Below, in pieces: positions 1 through 9,152 of a DNA stretch of 64,000 nucleotides (its first letter is position 1; the number at the start of each line of letters is the position of its first letter). The position numbers were made by a program, and so were the translations under genes. This stretch comes from an uncultured Bacteroidota bacterium (GTDB lineage Bacteria > CLD3 > SB21), in NCBI GenBank assembly GCA_964602985.1, contig CAZRTJ010000003.1:34293-98292 (forward strand). The letters run 5' to 3'. The notes under the pieces are model-generated. The model was given only the letters and a program-made list of their open reading frames with translations, did not search any database and was not told the origin of the DNA.

Positions 1-857
1 GCGGAAGGGACAGCACACTGTATGCGCTCAATAGAAACGGAACTGTCAAATGGAAGAAAACCGGTTTTGCTCACCGATATAATTTTACCGGCGGCGCTGG
101 ATCCCCTGCAGTCGTACCGCCGGTGATTGACAATCAGGGCCTCATCTATACCGGCACCGACACGATCTTTTGTTTTCGATCTGATGGAAGTGTCGTCTGG
201 AGGTTTAAGAATGATTCTTTGGGCTTTTGTATTCGCATAGCACTGGGCAAGAAGCTCATTTTCTGTGCGCTACAAGATAGCGGGGTTCTTGCTTTGGATT
301 ATCAGGGAAATCAGAAATGGTTTCATGCCGTCGATTTGACCAATATTCCTCATTACGGAATGATTGTCGATGAAAACGACAATGTCTATTTCAAGGCCAA
401 TTCGAATGTGTGGAGATCGCTTGACCGAAAGGGTACAGTCCGTTGGACAACGGGCGGGGGCGCTAGAAGCGAACCGGTTCTGAGAGGTGAGTATCTATAC
501 TTCGCTACGTCTGGTGTAGTGCTCCGTCTCAATAATGAGAGCGGATTGGAAGACAGCCTACTTGATGCCTATCCCGTGTACTACCATCCGGACACCGGTC
601 CTTTGATTGACGATAATGGAACCATTTTTATTGGATCAAGACCAGGACGTACGGCCGATCCTCCAGGAGATAGTGATTTCGCTCTTCTGACCGCGGTTAC
701 GTGGGAGGGCAGTGTATTATGGAGGCTTGACTTAGAAGGTTCTGTTCGCGGATCAAGCCGGGGAAGAATAGCGCTAGGTCACGATGGAACCCTATACGTT
801 GCAACCTGCGCTGACGGAATCCCCGATGGAACTTACAAACTCTTCGCAATCAGATAA
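1..857 (+). CDS. PQQ-like beta-propeller repeat protein (5' partial; continues upstream of the window)
   Basis: The frame is open from base 3. It contains repeated '...G.VYALN..G...W.' units typical of PQQ/BamB-like propeller blades (LYALNRNGTVKWKK, FCFRSDGSVVWRFK, DRKGTVRWTT, WEGSVLWRLD). Stop codon at 855-857. Confidence 0.6.
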   Translation, partial: GRDSTLYALNRNGTVKWKKTGFAHRYNFTGGAGSPAVVPPVIDNQGLIYTGTDTIFCFRSDGSVVWRFKNDSLGFCIRIALGKKLIFCALQDSGVLALDYQGNQKWFHAVDLTNIPHYGMIVDENDNVYFKANSNVWRSLDRKGTVRWTTGGGARSEPVLRGEYLYFATSGVVLRLNNESGLEDSLLDAYPVYYHPDTGPLIDDNGTIFIGSRPGRTADPPGDSDFALLTAVTWEGSVLWRLDLEGSVRGSSRGRIALGHDGTLYVATCADGIPDGTYKLFAIR

Positions 858-868
858 GGAAATTTGTC

Positions 869-3550
869 ATGAAACAGTTTTCAGGAGTTTTATGGATTCT
901 CTTGTTCTTCAATTCTCAAAATGCGTTTTCACATGGAGAAGAATTCAACATCAAATACATCAACCGACCGACTGGGTATTCAATTCGAATTTTTCCAGTC
1001 TCTCTACTCTATGACGCCAACTTCAATCCGTTGCCCGCGGGGCATCGAGCGGAAGACAAGGCAATTACCGGCACGGAAATAAACCTGAATATGATTTGGA
1101 GCAAGGGAACTCCTCCACCAGATCCGGGAGCGTCAACGGCCACGTATGATACAATCTACTATGGTTACTACCAGGTAGATTTTATGTCTGGACCGGATGA
1201 AGTGGCAGCTACCCGGTTTATCGATTTCCGTGACGGAGACTATCGCGCTAATAGCCCCTTTTACACGGGCGGTGGAACAGGCCATTACGATTTCGAGCTG
1301 ATTTGGGAGTTTGCCATTGTGGACGATGATACACTGAAGAAACAATCGGTGGATATTTACTACAAATGGAGCGGGAGTGGAGGCACACAATACACGGGCA
1401 CAAGCAAAGGGATTTGGGAGTTGCGACCGGCATCGGTAGCGAAAACTCAAAATCAACTAGCGTTCCAGAACTTCAAGCTAACGACCGAAGGAATCAGCGG
1501 ATCGCCATCATACATTGTCTCGATTAATGGAGCCAACCACTCGCTCACGGGAAACAATAGTAGAAGTCTCGGATTCGGATTTGTCAATCCAGTCGGTGTT
1601 ACCATGACGGTTCCCAACCGTCTGGGTAGCGCACCACCCTATTCGTATCTCACGAAATGGGACGGCCAGACGTTGTTTAGCAATAATTACTCGATCACAT
1701 TTGATGGAAATGTGGCTAGAACGGTCACCGCAACTTATAAGCAAGACAATCGGCTGAATGTCATTCAGGGCAGTACCGCGTATACCAATTCGACGGGAAC
1801 GATGATCTTCGATCCGTCCATTCCGTTTACCGATGTCGGACCGGTTTATGCAAAGCACTGGTACATCAAATCGGATGCGGACGGGGTCTGGCGTAAGCTC
1901 GTATCGGGGACCCCAAACGTCAATATTTTTCATAGCCGACTAACCATTGGTCCGGGTGGATCGGGTTACCCTATGGGTTACGGGTTTTCCTTACTATGTG
2001 AAGTCGAGGATTATCCCAAGAGAATAATCCTGAATTCTGATCCGATGCGAGTCAATTACGAAGCGCCGATCGGTTGCAGTATCACCGGCCCGACAAGCTG
2101 TATCCCACAATTTAGTACGGCAACCTGGTATTCCAATGTCTCAGGCGGTGCAGGTCCGTATTCGTATGTGTGGAAGAAAGGCATTACTGTGGTGGGCTAC
2201 GGACCTACCGCATCTCTTCAGGTCAGTGGTGGGTTCAGACTCACACTCATCGTAACCAGCGCAAGCGGAATTCAAAGCGCCTCCACCTACAAAGACATCT
2301 CGACCAGCGGTTGCGGGGGTGGTGGCGGCTGTCCGTTCGTGTTCATTGAATCCGACACCGGCGTGGTGCAGGACAACAACATCCTGAACAGGTCAGAGTT
2401 CGAGGACAACGTTGGAGTCGACATCGTCGACCGATACCGGCTGAACGTGAAGCCGAGTTTGAAGGGCGGCCAGTACAGACTCTCGATCCAGGAACTGAAC
2501 GATGACCACAGCTATTTCGACGCCCTCCGGCTTTATGCCGTCGATCATCCGGAAGAAACCGATATCGGGATTACAGAAAATAACGACATCGTGCTTCTGT
2601 ATCCATCATACGTCGAATCTGTCTCCGATGCCCGGATGAAAGATCAGGATTTGACGAGTGCCATCACGTTCAAGGAAGCCTTCGGTCTGCGAGGACAGAA
2701 ATCGGATACGCTCCGGCTCAAGTTCAAACAAGACTCTGAGCGTATACGACATTGGAGCTCCGTCCGTTCTTCCCATCGCAGGGACTCGCTTGCCTTCCTG
2801 GCCAAGGTGGGCGATGTCGGAACGAACGCCTTACCGGGACCCAAGGATGAGTTTGCCTTCGTGTCAGACGGTTCCTCGTCATACAGCCTGTCCGGGCGGG
2901 AGAGTTCGTCCAGCCTGATCCTGCCGATCGCATCCATCCCGGACGCCATGACCATCGTGTGGAATCGGGATTACACGGTCAGGGACATTGGCCTTACCCG
3001 TGTGTTCTATGACGGCTTCATCCAGAGAGAATTGCCGCTGGCCGAGGCTGTTCATTCTCACAAGGGCAGGATCAGACGAGAACTCTCGGATGCGGACGGC
3101 AAATATGGCGAGTTATTGTCCGGGGAGACGATCACGCTGGCGTTTAACAGCAACGCGCCGCTCAGGCAGGGTTACGTGCGAGATTTTGTGTTGGAAACGA
3201 CGGGCCGATACACAGGCCATCAGTCGAGGACATCCTTCAGGAAATCCGAGTCGACAAAATCCTTTGTCCCGACAAAATTCGAACTGGTTGGCAATTACCC
3301 GAACCCGTTCAATCCGACGACGAGCATCGTTTATGACATTGCTGACCGATCGGACGTTCGCATTTCCATTTTCAATAGCCTGGGTCAGCTTGTTCGGGAA
3401 TTCAACGAAGGCGTCCGCGCTCAGGGCCGATACACGCTCACATGGGATGGCAAGAATGACGCCGGCAAACAAGCGCCGAGCGGAGTTTATGTTTACCAAT
3501 TGACTGCCGGGCAGTTTGTTCAGACGAAGAAAATGACGCTCGTGAAGTAA
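869..3550 (+). CDS. Large secreted T9SS cargo protein (893 aa) with a SprB-like repeat and a C-terminal type-IX secretion sorting domain
   Basis: N-terminal signal peptide (MKQFSGVLWILLFFNSQNAFS). Internal 'SGGAGPYSYVWKKG' resembles the SprB/Ig-like repeat signature (GG..PY.Y.W), followed by a CGGGGGC patch. The last ~85 aa (NYPNPFNPTTSIVYDIAD...GVYVYQLTAG...KKMTLVK) match the T9SS type-A C-terminal domain consensus. An AAGGAA Shine-Dalgarno lies 9 nt upstream. Confidence 0.7.
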   Translation: MKQFSGVLWILLFFNSQNAFSHGEEFNIKYINRPTGYSIRIFPVSLLYDANFNPLPAGHRAEDKAITGTEINLNMIWSKGTPPPDPGASTATYDTIYYGYYQVDFMSGPDEVAATRFIDFRDGDYRANSPFYTGGGTGHYDFELIWEFAIVDDDTLKKQSVDIYYKWSGSGGTQYTGTSKGIWELRPASVAKTQNQLAFQNFKLTTEGISGSPSYIVSINGANHSLTGNNSRSLGFGFVNPVGVTMTVPNRLGSAPPYSYLTKWDGQTLFSNNYSITFDGNVARTVTATYKQDNRLNVIQGSTAYTNSTGTMIFDPSIPFTDVGPVYAKHWYIKSDADGVWRKLVSGTPNVNIFHSRLTIGPGGSGYPMGYGFSLLCEVEDYPKRIILNSDPMRVNYEAPIGCSITGPTSCIPQFSTATWYSNVSGGAGPYSYVWKKGITVVGYGPTASLQVSGGFRLTLIVTSASGIQSASTYKDISTSGCGGGGGCPFVFIESDTGVVQDNNILNRSEFEDNVGVDIVDRYRLNVKPSLKGGQYRLSIQELNDDHSYFDALRLYAVDHPEETDIGITENNDIVLLYPSYVESVSDARMKDQDLTSAITFKEAFGLRGQKSDTLRLKFKQDSERIRHWSSVRSSHRRDSLAFLAKVGDVGTNALPGPKDEFAFVSDGSSSYSLSGRESSSSLILPIASIPDAMTIVWNRDYTVRDIGLTRVFYDGFIQRELPLAEAVHSHKGRIRRELSDADGKYGELLSGETITLAFNSNAPLRQGYVRDFVLETTGRYTGHQSRTSFRKSESTKSFVPTKFELVGNYPNPFNPTTSIVYDIADRSDVRISIFNSLGQLVREFNEGVRAQGRYTLTWDGKNDAGKQAPSGVYVYQLTAGQFVQTKKMTLVK

Positions 3551-3572
3551 GTTCCGTCCACCTTCGCATTCA

Positions 3573-3603
3573 GCCGGCTCACTATGGGCCGGCGTATGCT
3601 TTT
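3573..3603 (+). terminator. Weak intrinsic terminator candidate after the T9SS cargo gene
   Basis: GCCGGC...GCCGGC 6-bp GC stem with a 9-nt loop, followed after 5 nt by TTTTT (3599-3603). It lies between the cargo gene stop and the plsY start. Confidence 0.3.
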
Positions 3604-3643
3604 TCACTTTATAATCCCGGCCTCTTTCTGTATACTCGCTGTC

Positions 3644-4294
3644 ATGATGGGTCTCGCTCTGATCCTGCTCACTGCCTACCTGCTGGGATCGATCTCTCCC
3701 AGCATCGTGCTGTCCAGACTGGTCAAAGGACAGGATATTCGTACGGTTGGCAGCGGCAATGCCGGTATGACCAATGCCATCCGTTTCCTCGGTCCGGGTT
3801 GGGGCACGCTCGTCGCCTTGATTGATCTGGGCAAAGGACTCCTCTCTTCGTGGGGATTGCCCGTGTGGTTTGCCCCGCTTGTCGCGCCTCTGCAGATGGA
3901 TCCCATTCTGATCCGCATTCTCGCAGGCACCGCGGCCGTCGCCGGACACATCTGGACCGTATTCTTCGGATTTCGGGGAGGCAAAGGCGTACTGACGCTG
4001 GCCGGCGCGGTACTAGGAGTCGCACCCCTGCCCGTGGGTATCTGCTTTCTGATTTTTCTTTCGATCTTCCTGCTTACGCGCTACGTCTCCCTCGGATCGA
4101 TCATCGGAGCGGTCAGCTTCCCGGTCATTGTACTCGTGCAAAAATGGGTCTTCCTTGAATCCGTGTCGACCTATCTGATCGGATTCAGTATTTTTGTCGC
4201 CTTCCTGATCGCGTACACCCACCGCGCCAACATCGGCCGACTGATTCGCGGCGAAGAATCAAAATTCGGCAAGCGGAAACCGCAGTCGGTCTGA
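3644..4294 (+). CDS. plsY: Glycerol-3-phosphate acyltransferase PlsY
   Basis: N-terminal 'AYLLGSISPSIVLSRL' and the 'GSGNAGMTNAIRFLGPGWG' motif are diagnostic of PlsY. The length is right from the ATG at 3644. The ORF-track start at 3584 is probably a 5' over-extension. Confidence 0.85.
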   Translation: MMGLALILLTAYLLGSISPSIVLSRLVKGQDIRTVGSGNAGMTNAIRFLGPGWGTLVALIDLGKGLLSSWGLPVWFAPLVAPLQMDPILIRILAGTAAVAGHIWTVFFGFRGGKGVLTLAGAVLGVAPLPVGICFLIFLSIFLLTRYVSLGSIIGAVSFPVIVLVQKWVFLESVSTYLIGFSIFVAFLIAYTHRANIGRLIRGEESKFGKRKPQSV

Positions 4295-4297
4295 TTT

Positions 4298-5107
4298 GTG
4301 AAAGTATTTCGCTGGAAATGGATCAAGTGGCCGTCGGCTCTGCTCGGACTGGCTGCGGGTACGCTGATCTTCTTCGACATGGGCCGGCGCGCGTTCTACG
4401 GAGAACCGGATGCCATCGGGCTATTGGCTTCGTACCTCGCCCTCGTGGTGATCGTGATTCTTGGGATTCGCAAATTTTGGACCGTCATTCTCGACGAACG
4501 GGACGCGCTCGATATTTTCAAGGAATTCGCGATCGCACGAGACGCCCGCATTCGACACATCCGAAATGAAAAGAAACTGGCATCCGGCAACATCGTGGAG
4601 GACGGGTACGAACTCACGTGTTCGGATCACGGTCACGAGATCGACATTTCTCTCGTACACGTCGGAAGGAAACAGGAGACCTCCAGGAATCTGCTGGAAG
4701 AACACGACCTTCTGCTTCTCCGGGTTCAGGCCGATCACGATTTGCAGCTGTCGATTGTCAATCCCCAGCACGAAATCGAAAATACCCTCGACGTGGATCT
4801 GTACTCCCCGCGAATCCTTTCGTCCCGGAAATACTATTACTATCAGCACGGAATCATTTTCTCCGATTATTCGAAGGAACGCATCGACCGCCTCTTCGAT
4901 CACTCGTTTATTCAGATCCAGTTGTTCGCGTTGTTTGTCAATTACCGTTTCAAGGTCGTGATCTTCGACGCGGGCTTCGTCCTGGCTGTCAAAGCGGTAT
5001 CGATGACCTCGATGCACATGGACATGGACGCGTACACGGCATTGATCAATCTGGCCCGTGTGCTGATGGAACAAAGCAAACTCGAAACGCAAACCATACC
5101 CTCCTAA
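4298..5107 (+). CDS. Hypothetical membrane-anchored protein (GTG start), co-directional with plsY
   Basis: A 269-aa ORF starting 3 nt after the plsY stop. Two N-terminal hydrophobic segments, then a balanced polar domain (KKLASGNIVEDGYELTCSDHGHEIDISLVHVGRKQ). The overlapping antisense ORF 4421..5206 has an Arg/His-rich junk-like composition. Confidence 0.45.
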   Translation: MKVFRWKWIKWPSALLGLAAGTLIFFDMGRRAFYGEPDAIGLLASYLALVVIVILGIRKFWTVILDERDALDIFKEFAIARDARIRHIRNEKKLASGNIVEDGYELTCSDHGHEIDISLVHVGRKQETSRNLLEEHDLLLLRVQADHDLQLSIVNPQHEIENTLDVDLYSPRILSSRKYYYYQHGIIFSDYSKERIDRLFDHSFIQIQLFALFVNYRFKVVIFDAGFVLAVKAVSMTSMHMDMDAYTALINLARVLMEQSKLETQTIPS

Positions 5108-5123
5108 CCAAAGGAATACCACC

Positions 5124-5747
5124 ATGTCGGAAACCAATGTCGGTCCGGATAAGAAATGGACGAACCTCTTCGGAGTCGTGAGTGTACTCGCTCTCGCGGG
5201 AGCCATCTACTCCGTGATCATGATCGCGATGATCCATCAGCGCCCCGCTGTCAAAGTGGGCTACATCCGCAGTGAAGCGTTGTTGTCGCAATACACCCCG
5301 GTCATCGAACTTCAGCAGCGGCTGCAGGATGAAACTGCCGGCGCCCAGCAGGATCTGGAAAAACGATACAAGGAACTGGAGGCCATGGACGCGGACATCA
5401 AGAAGAAATCCGAAGTCCTGACGATGCAGGCGCTGGCGCCGCAGATCCAAAGACTGCAGACCAAGCAAAATGAATTCCTACAGCTTCAACAAAATGTCCA
5501 GAACCAGATCGCCGAAAAACAAAACAAAGCGCTCGAGCCCATCCTCCAGCGGATTAATAGTTTTGTCACCAAGTACGGAAAAGAAAACGGTTACACGATG
5601 ATCTTCGGTATGCCCGTGCCCGGAATGATCGTCTATGGCGATCCGGGAGAGGACCTGACCGACATCATCGCGGCGGAATTGAATGCCCAGACTCCGGTGA
5701 ACATCCCGTCGCCCTTCCAGAGCAAGTCCGACTCAACCAAGAAGTAA
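5124..5747 (+). CDS. OmpH/Skp-family periplasmic chaperone-like protein with N-terminal membrane anchor
   Basis: A coiled-coil Q/E/K-rich core (QQRLQDETAGAQQDLEKRYKELEAMDADIKKK...) followed by a 'KYGKENGYTMIFG...VYGDPGEDLTDIIAAELN' C-terminus. This mirrors the Skp pattern (KEKGYDLVLD...VLYA...DITDEVIKRLN). Confidence 0.65.
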   Translation: MSETNVGPDKKWTNLFGVVSVLALAGAIYSVIMIAMIHQRPAVKVGYIRSEALLSQYTPVIELQQRLQDETAGAQQDLEKRYKELEAMDADIKKKSEVLTMQALAPQIQRLQTKQNEFLQLQQNVQNQIAEKQNKALEPILQRINSFVTKYGKENGYTMIFGMPVPGMIVYGDPGEDLTDIIAAELNAQTPVNIPSPFQSKSDSTKK

Positions 5748-5767
5748 CGAAAAAGCAAAGAACCCAC

Positions 5768-7231
5768 ATGCGCAAACCCGCCACTCTCGGTGAACTGCGT
5801 GCCGCCGGATACGAACAGACGTCTGTGAAGGATGAGATCCGTCGTAACCTGATCCGCAAACTGAAAAACGGCGAACGACTGTTTCCGGGTATCGTCGGAT
5901 ACGATCGCACGGTGATTCCGGAAATCGTCCATGCCCTGCTCGCAAGGCACGATCTCATCCTGCTGGGTCTGCGAGGCCAGGCCAAAACGCGTCTCCTGCG
6001 GGGTTTGGTCACGCTGCTGGACGACGAGATTCCGATCCTCGCCGACGCTCCGCTCAACGATCATCCGTACGCTCCTATCTCCCGCGTCGCCAAAGACCTC
6101 GTCGAGAGAATGGGAGACGCAGCCCCGGTCGAATGGCTGCCGCGGCACGAACGATACGGCGAGAAACTCGCCACGCCGGATGTCACCGTCGCCGATCTCA
6201 TCGGAGACATCGACCCGATCAAAGCCGCAACGCACAAACTGCATTATGCGGACGAGCGCGTCATGCATTTCGGCATCATCCCGCGCTCCAATCGTGGAAT
6301 CTTTGCCATCAATGAACTCCCCGATCTGCAACCTCGTATCCAGGTCAGTTTGTTTAATATCCTGGAGGAAAAGGACTTTCAGATCCGCGGCTTCAACATC
6401 CGCATCCCGCTCGACATGCTGATCGTGTTCTCGGCCAATCCCGAAGACTACACGAATCGCGGTAATATCATCACCCCGCTGAAGGATCGGATTGATTCGC
6501 AGATTCTCACCCACTATCCCCTCACCCTCGAAGATGGAATGGCCATCACCGATCAGGAAGCGTGGACACGGCGAGACACCTCCGTCACGGTGCCGCATTA
6601 CCTCAAGGAGGTGGTCGAGAGCATCGCCTTCCAGGCACGGGCGAGCGAGTTCATCGATCAGAAATCTGGCGTCAGCGCGCGCCTTACCATTTCCTGCATG
6701 GAAAATCTCGTGAGCGCCGTGGAGGCTCGCACGGTCACTTCCGGTGAGAAACCATTTCCCCGGACCGGCGATCTGTATTACCTGATTCCCTCCATCACCG
6801 GCAAGGTTGAGCTCGTCTACGAAGGGGAGCAGCAGGGGGTGGCCAATGTGGCGCGCGTGCTGATCGGTCGGGCCATCAAGTTCGTTTTCAAGAAATACTT
6901 CCCCGACCCTCTCTCCAAGAAGGATCTGAATCTGTATCAACCGATTCTGGGATGGTTTGCCGGAGGCAGGCAACTCGATGTGTCGACGGAAATGCCCTTT
7001 GACCGGTATCGCACCCTCCTGGAAGGAATTCCCTCCCTCCGCGACACCGCCATCCAGTATCTGAAGCCGAATACGGCCAGTCGCGAAGAAGTCGCCTGCG
7101 CCATGGAGTTTGTCCTCGAAGGTTTGCACCAAAATTCCTCTCTGAGCAAGGATACGCTCGACGCCGGCTATGCGTACAAAGACATGATGGGGAAGATGCT
7201 GGGACAAATCAACTGGGAGAAAGAAGAGTAG
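5768..7231 (+). CDS. ChlI/BchI-like (Mg-chelatase subunit I family) AAA+ ATPase, non-photosynthetic homologue
   Basis: 'FPGIVGYDRTVIPEIVHALL' (compare ChlI F.AIVGQEEMK). The Walker-A-like 'GLRGQAKTR' aligns to ChlI 'GDRGTGKST'. The 'ANPEDYTNRGNIITPLKDRID' arginine-finger/sensor region matches ChlI 'GNPEEGELRPQLLDRF'. 487 aa. Confidence 0.7.
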   Translation: MRKPATLGELRAAGYEQTSVKDEIRRNLIRKLKNGERLFPGIVGYDRTVIPEIVHALLARHDLILLGLRGQAKTRLLRGLVTLLDDEIPILADAPLNDHPYAPISRVAKDLVERMGDAAPVEWLPRHERYGEKLATPDVTVADLIGDIDPIKAATHKLHYADERVMHFGIIPRSNRGIFAINELPDLQPRIQVSLFNILEEKDFQIRGFNIRIPLDMLIVFSANPEDYTNRGNIITPLKDRIDSQILTHYPLTLEDGMAITDQEAWTRRDTSVTVPHYLKEVVESIAFQARASEFIDQKSGVSARLTISCMENLVSAVEARTVTSGEKPFPRTGDLYYLIPSITGKVELVYEGEQQGVANVARVLIGRAIKFVFKKYFPDPLSKKDLNLYQPILGWFAGGRQLDVSTEMPFDRYRTLLEGIPSLRDTAIQYLKPNTASREEVACAMEFVLEGLHQNSSLSKDTLDAGYAYKDMMGKMLGQINWEKEE

Positions 7232-7240
7232 AGCGCGGGC

Positions 7241-7855
7241 TCAGAGCGTGCGTTCCAGCCAGGCTCGCAGTTGCCTCATGGCGTCGGCGCGGTGGCTGAT
7301 CTGATTTTTCACCTCGGCCCCCAGTTCGGCCATCGTGCAGTCGTAGGCGGGAATCCAGAAGACCGGATCGTATCCAAATCCGTTGGAGCCGCGGGGCTCG
7401 CGCGCGATGCGTCCTTCACATGTGCCCGCGAATGCTTTCTCGAACGTCTGGCCGCCTTCATCGCGACCCACGAGTGCGAGAACGCATCGAAATCGGGCGG
7501 TACGCTGCGCGTCGGGAACATCGCCCAGTTCGGAAAGTAGTTTCTCCCAATTTCTCCGGTCGTCCGACGGCTCACCCGCGTAGCGGGCGGAGTGTACGCC
7601 CGGTCGTCCCCCCAACGCATCCACCTCCAAACCGCTGTCATCGGCGAGCGTCCACAACCGCACATATCGATGTCCTGCACGCGCTTTCTTGAGCGCGTTG
7701 CCTTCAAACGTCTGTGCGTCTTCCACCACCACCGGCATGTCCGGAAAGTCTTTCCCCGTCAGCAGACGGATCGGCAGGTCCGCAAGAAGCTCCCGGAGTT
7801 CGACGGCTTTCTTCTGATTGCCGGTCGCGGCCAGGATCGTTCGTACAGGAGTCAT
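7241..7855 (-). CDS. rdgB: Non-canonical purine NTP pyrophosphatase (RdgB/HAM1 family)
   Basis: 'ILAATGNQKKAVELRELL', 'ADDSGLEVDALGGRPGVHSARYAG' and 'NGFGYDPVFWIPAYDCTMAELGAEVKNQISHRADAMRQL' are hallmark Ham1/RdgB motifs. The start is placed at the internal ATG at 7855 (205 aa). The 320-aa ORF-track extension to 8203 is probably spurious. Confidence 0.8.
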   Translation of the reverse strand: MTPVRTILAATGNQKKAVELRELLADLPIRLLTGKDFPDMPVVVEDAQTFEGNALKKARAGHRYVRLWTLADDSGLEVDALGGRPGVHSARYAGEPSDDRRNWEKLLSELGDVPDAQRTARFRCVLALVGRDEGGQTFEKAFAGTCEGRIAREPRGSNGFGYDPVFWIPAYDCTMAELGAEVKNQISHRADAMRQLRAWLERTL

Positions 7856-7934
7856 GCCGCAAACATAACATATCCGAATGGCGGTTCCAAACGCACGTTT
7901 CGATTTGCGCATTGTCGGCAAAAGGGCTATTTTC

Positions 7935-8357
7935 ATGGCGGTTTCTAACTCGCACGGAATTCTCATGGACCTTTCCAAAGAAGAAATGATGGAAGTGATG
8001 GCCGTTTTCAAGGGCGAAAGCGAAGAACACCTGGCCACGCTCACGGAGAAGATGAAAGAAATCGAGTCCGATCCTTCCAGCGCCGGTACGATCGAAATTC
8101 TGCATCGTACCTCGCACAGCATGAAGGGCGCCGCGCGCATGATGGGTCTGACGCCGATCGAGCAGATCGGTCGGGCGCTCGAGGACGGATTCAAGGCCGT
8201 CAAGGAAGGCCGCCCGCTCCTTACGCCGGAAAATCTTGTTGCCGTCCATCAGGCCATAGAGGGAATCCGCCGTCTGATCGACAAACTCGCGACCGAGGGC
8301 ACCACCGAAGGCTTCGACACGACCCAGATTCTTCAACAGCTTTCGAATTTCAAGTAA
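7935..8357 (+). CDS. Standalone Hpt (histidine phosphotransfer) domain protein
   Basis: Contains 'LHRTSHSMKGAARMMGL', the HxxKG phospho-histidine motif of Hpt domains. About 140 aa, all-helical composition. Divergent from rdgB. Confidence 0.6.
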   Translation: MAVSNSHGILMDLSKEEMMEVMAVFKGESEEHLATLTEKMKEIESDPSSAGTIEILHRTSHSMKGAARMMGLTPIEQIGRALEDGFKAVKEGRPLLTPENLVAVHQAIEGIRRLIDKLATEGTTEGFDTTQILQQLSNFK

Positions 8358-8358
8358 C

Positions 8359-9135
8359 TTGCACGAACTCGCGCGGCCTTTCCATTTCCACCACGATCCC
8401 CCGTCCCACTCGGCCATTCTTCTGACACACGGTTTCACGTCCACCCCCTTCGCGATGAGGGAACTGGGCCGCACCCTGTACGAAGCAGGTCATGACACCC
8501 AGGGACTCTTGCTCCCCGGACATGGTACCGTGCCCGAAGACCTCCATTCCGTGCGCCACAGCGACTGGATCCATGCCGTGTACAATGCCGCTCAGTCCTT
8601 GCGGAAAAGGTATGCAAGGGTATTTTTGTGCGGGCAGTCCTTGGGCGGCTGTCTGAGTCTGCTCGTCAGTACGCTGACGCCGGTCGACGGAATCGTCACG
8701 ATTTCGGCGGGATATCGATTGTCGTGGTGGAAGGTGCTCGGCGTGCGCCTGCAGTCGACATGGAAACCGTTCATCCGGAAGGAAGACGGTCCGGGAATTC
8801 GCGATCCCGAAGCCAAACAAACGGAAATCCACTACGACCGGATGTCCTCACACGCGATTCTGGAGTTGAATCAAGTCCTGACAGCCATGCGGGGTCGTCT
8901 GCGGTACGTCACGTCGCCCTTGTTGTTGATTCACGCAAAAGAAGATCATACATTCCCGCGTGCTCATCAGGATCGCATCGCGCGAGCGGTCGCATCCCGA
9001 AGGGTGGAGAGGATCCTCTTGCCCCGCAGTTACCATGTGGCAACGCTGGATGTCGACAAACAACAGATTCACGACGGAGCCCGCACATTCTTACAAAGCC
9101 TGACATACGATTCGCCCCCGCTGATATCACTGTAA
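8359..9135 (+). CDS. Alpha/beta-fold hydrolase (carboxylesterase/lipase family)
   Basis: 'ILLTHGFTSTPFAMRELGRTL' at the N-terminus. Nucleophile elbow GQSLGG (GxSxG). Distal 'HAKEDHTF' and 'YHVATLD' fit the Asp/His catalytic residues of Est/YvaK-type esterases. Confidence 0.7.
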   Translation: MHELARPFHFHHDPPSHSAILLTHGFTSTPFAMRELGRTLYEAGHDTQGLLLPGHGTVPEDLHSVRHSDWIHAVYNAAQSLRKRYARVFLCGQSLGGCLSLLVSTLTPVDGIVTISAGYRLSWWKVLGVRLQSTWKPFIRKEDGPGIRDPEAKQTEIHYDRMSSHAILELNQVLTAMRGRLRYVTSPLLLIHAKEDHTFPRAHQDRIARAVASRRVERILLPRSYHVATLDVDKQQIHDGARTFLQSLTYDSPPLISL

Positions 9136-9152
9136 ACCGTCAGGCCGGAACG

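Noticed and set aside
5633-7207. 524-aa ORF antisense to the ChlI-like ATPase gene
   Set aside because: Arg/His/Gly-rich junk-like composition typical of antisense frames in high-GC DNA. The sense ORF has clear AAA+ motifs.
7856-8203. N-terminal extension of the rdgB ORF (320-aa version)
   Set aside because: RdgB homologues are about 200 aa and begin at 'MTPVRTILAATGN'. The extension overlaps the divergent Hpt gene and has a Cys/Ser/Arg-rich non-protein-like sequence.
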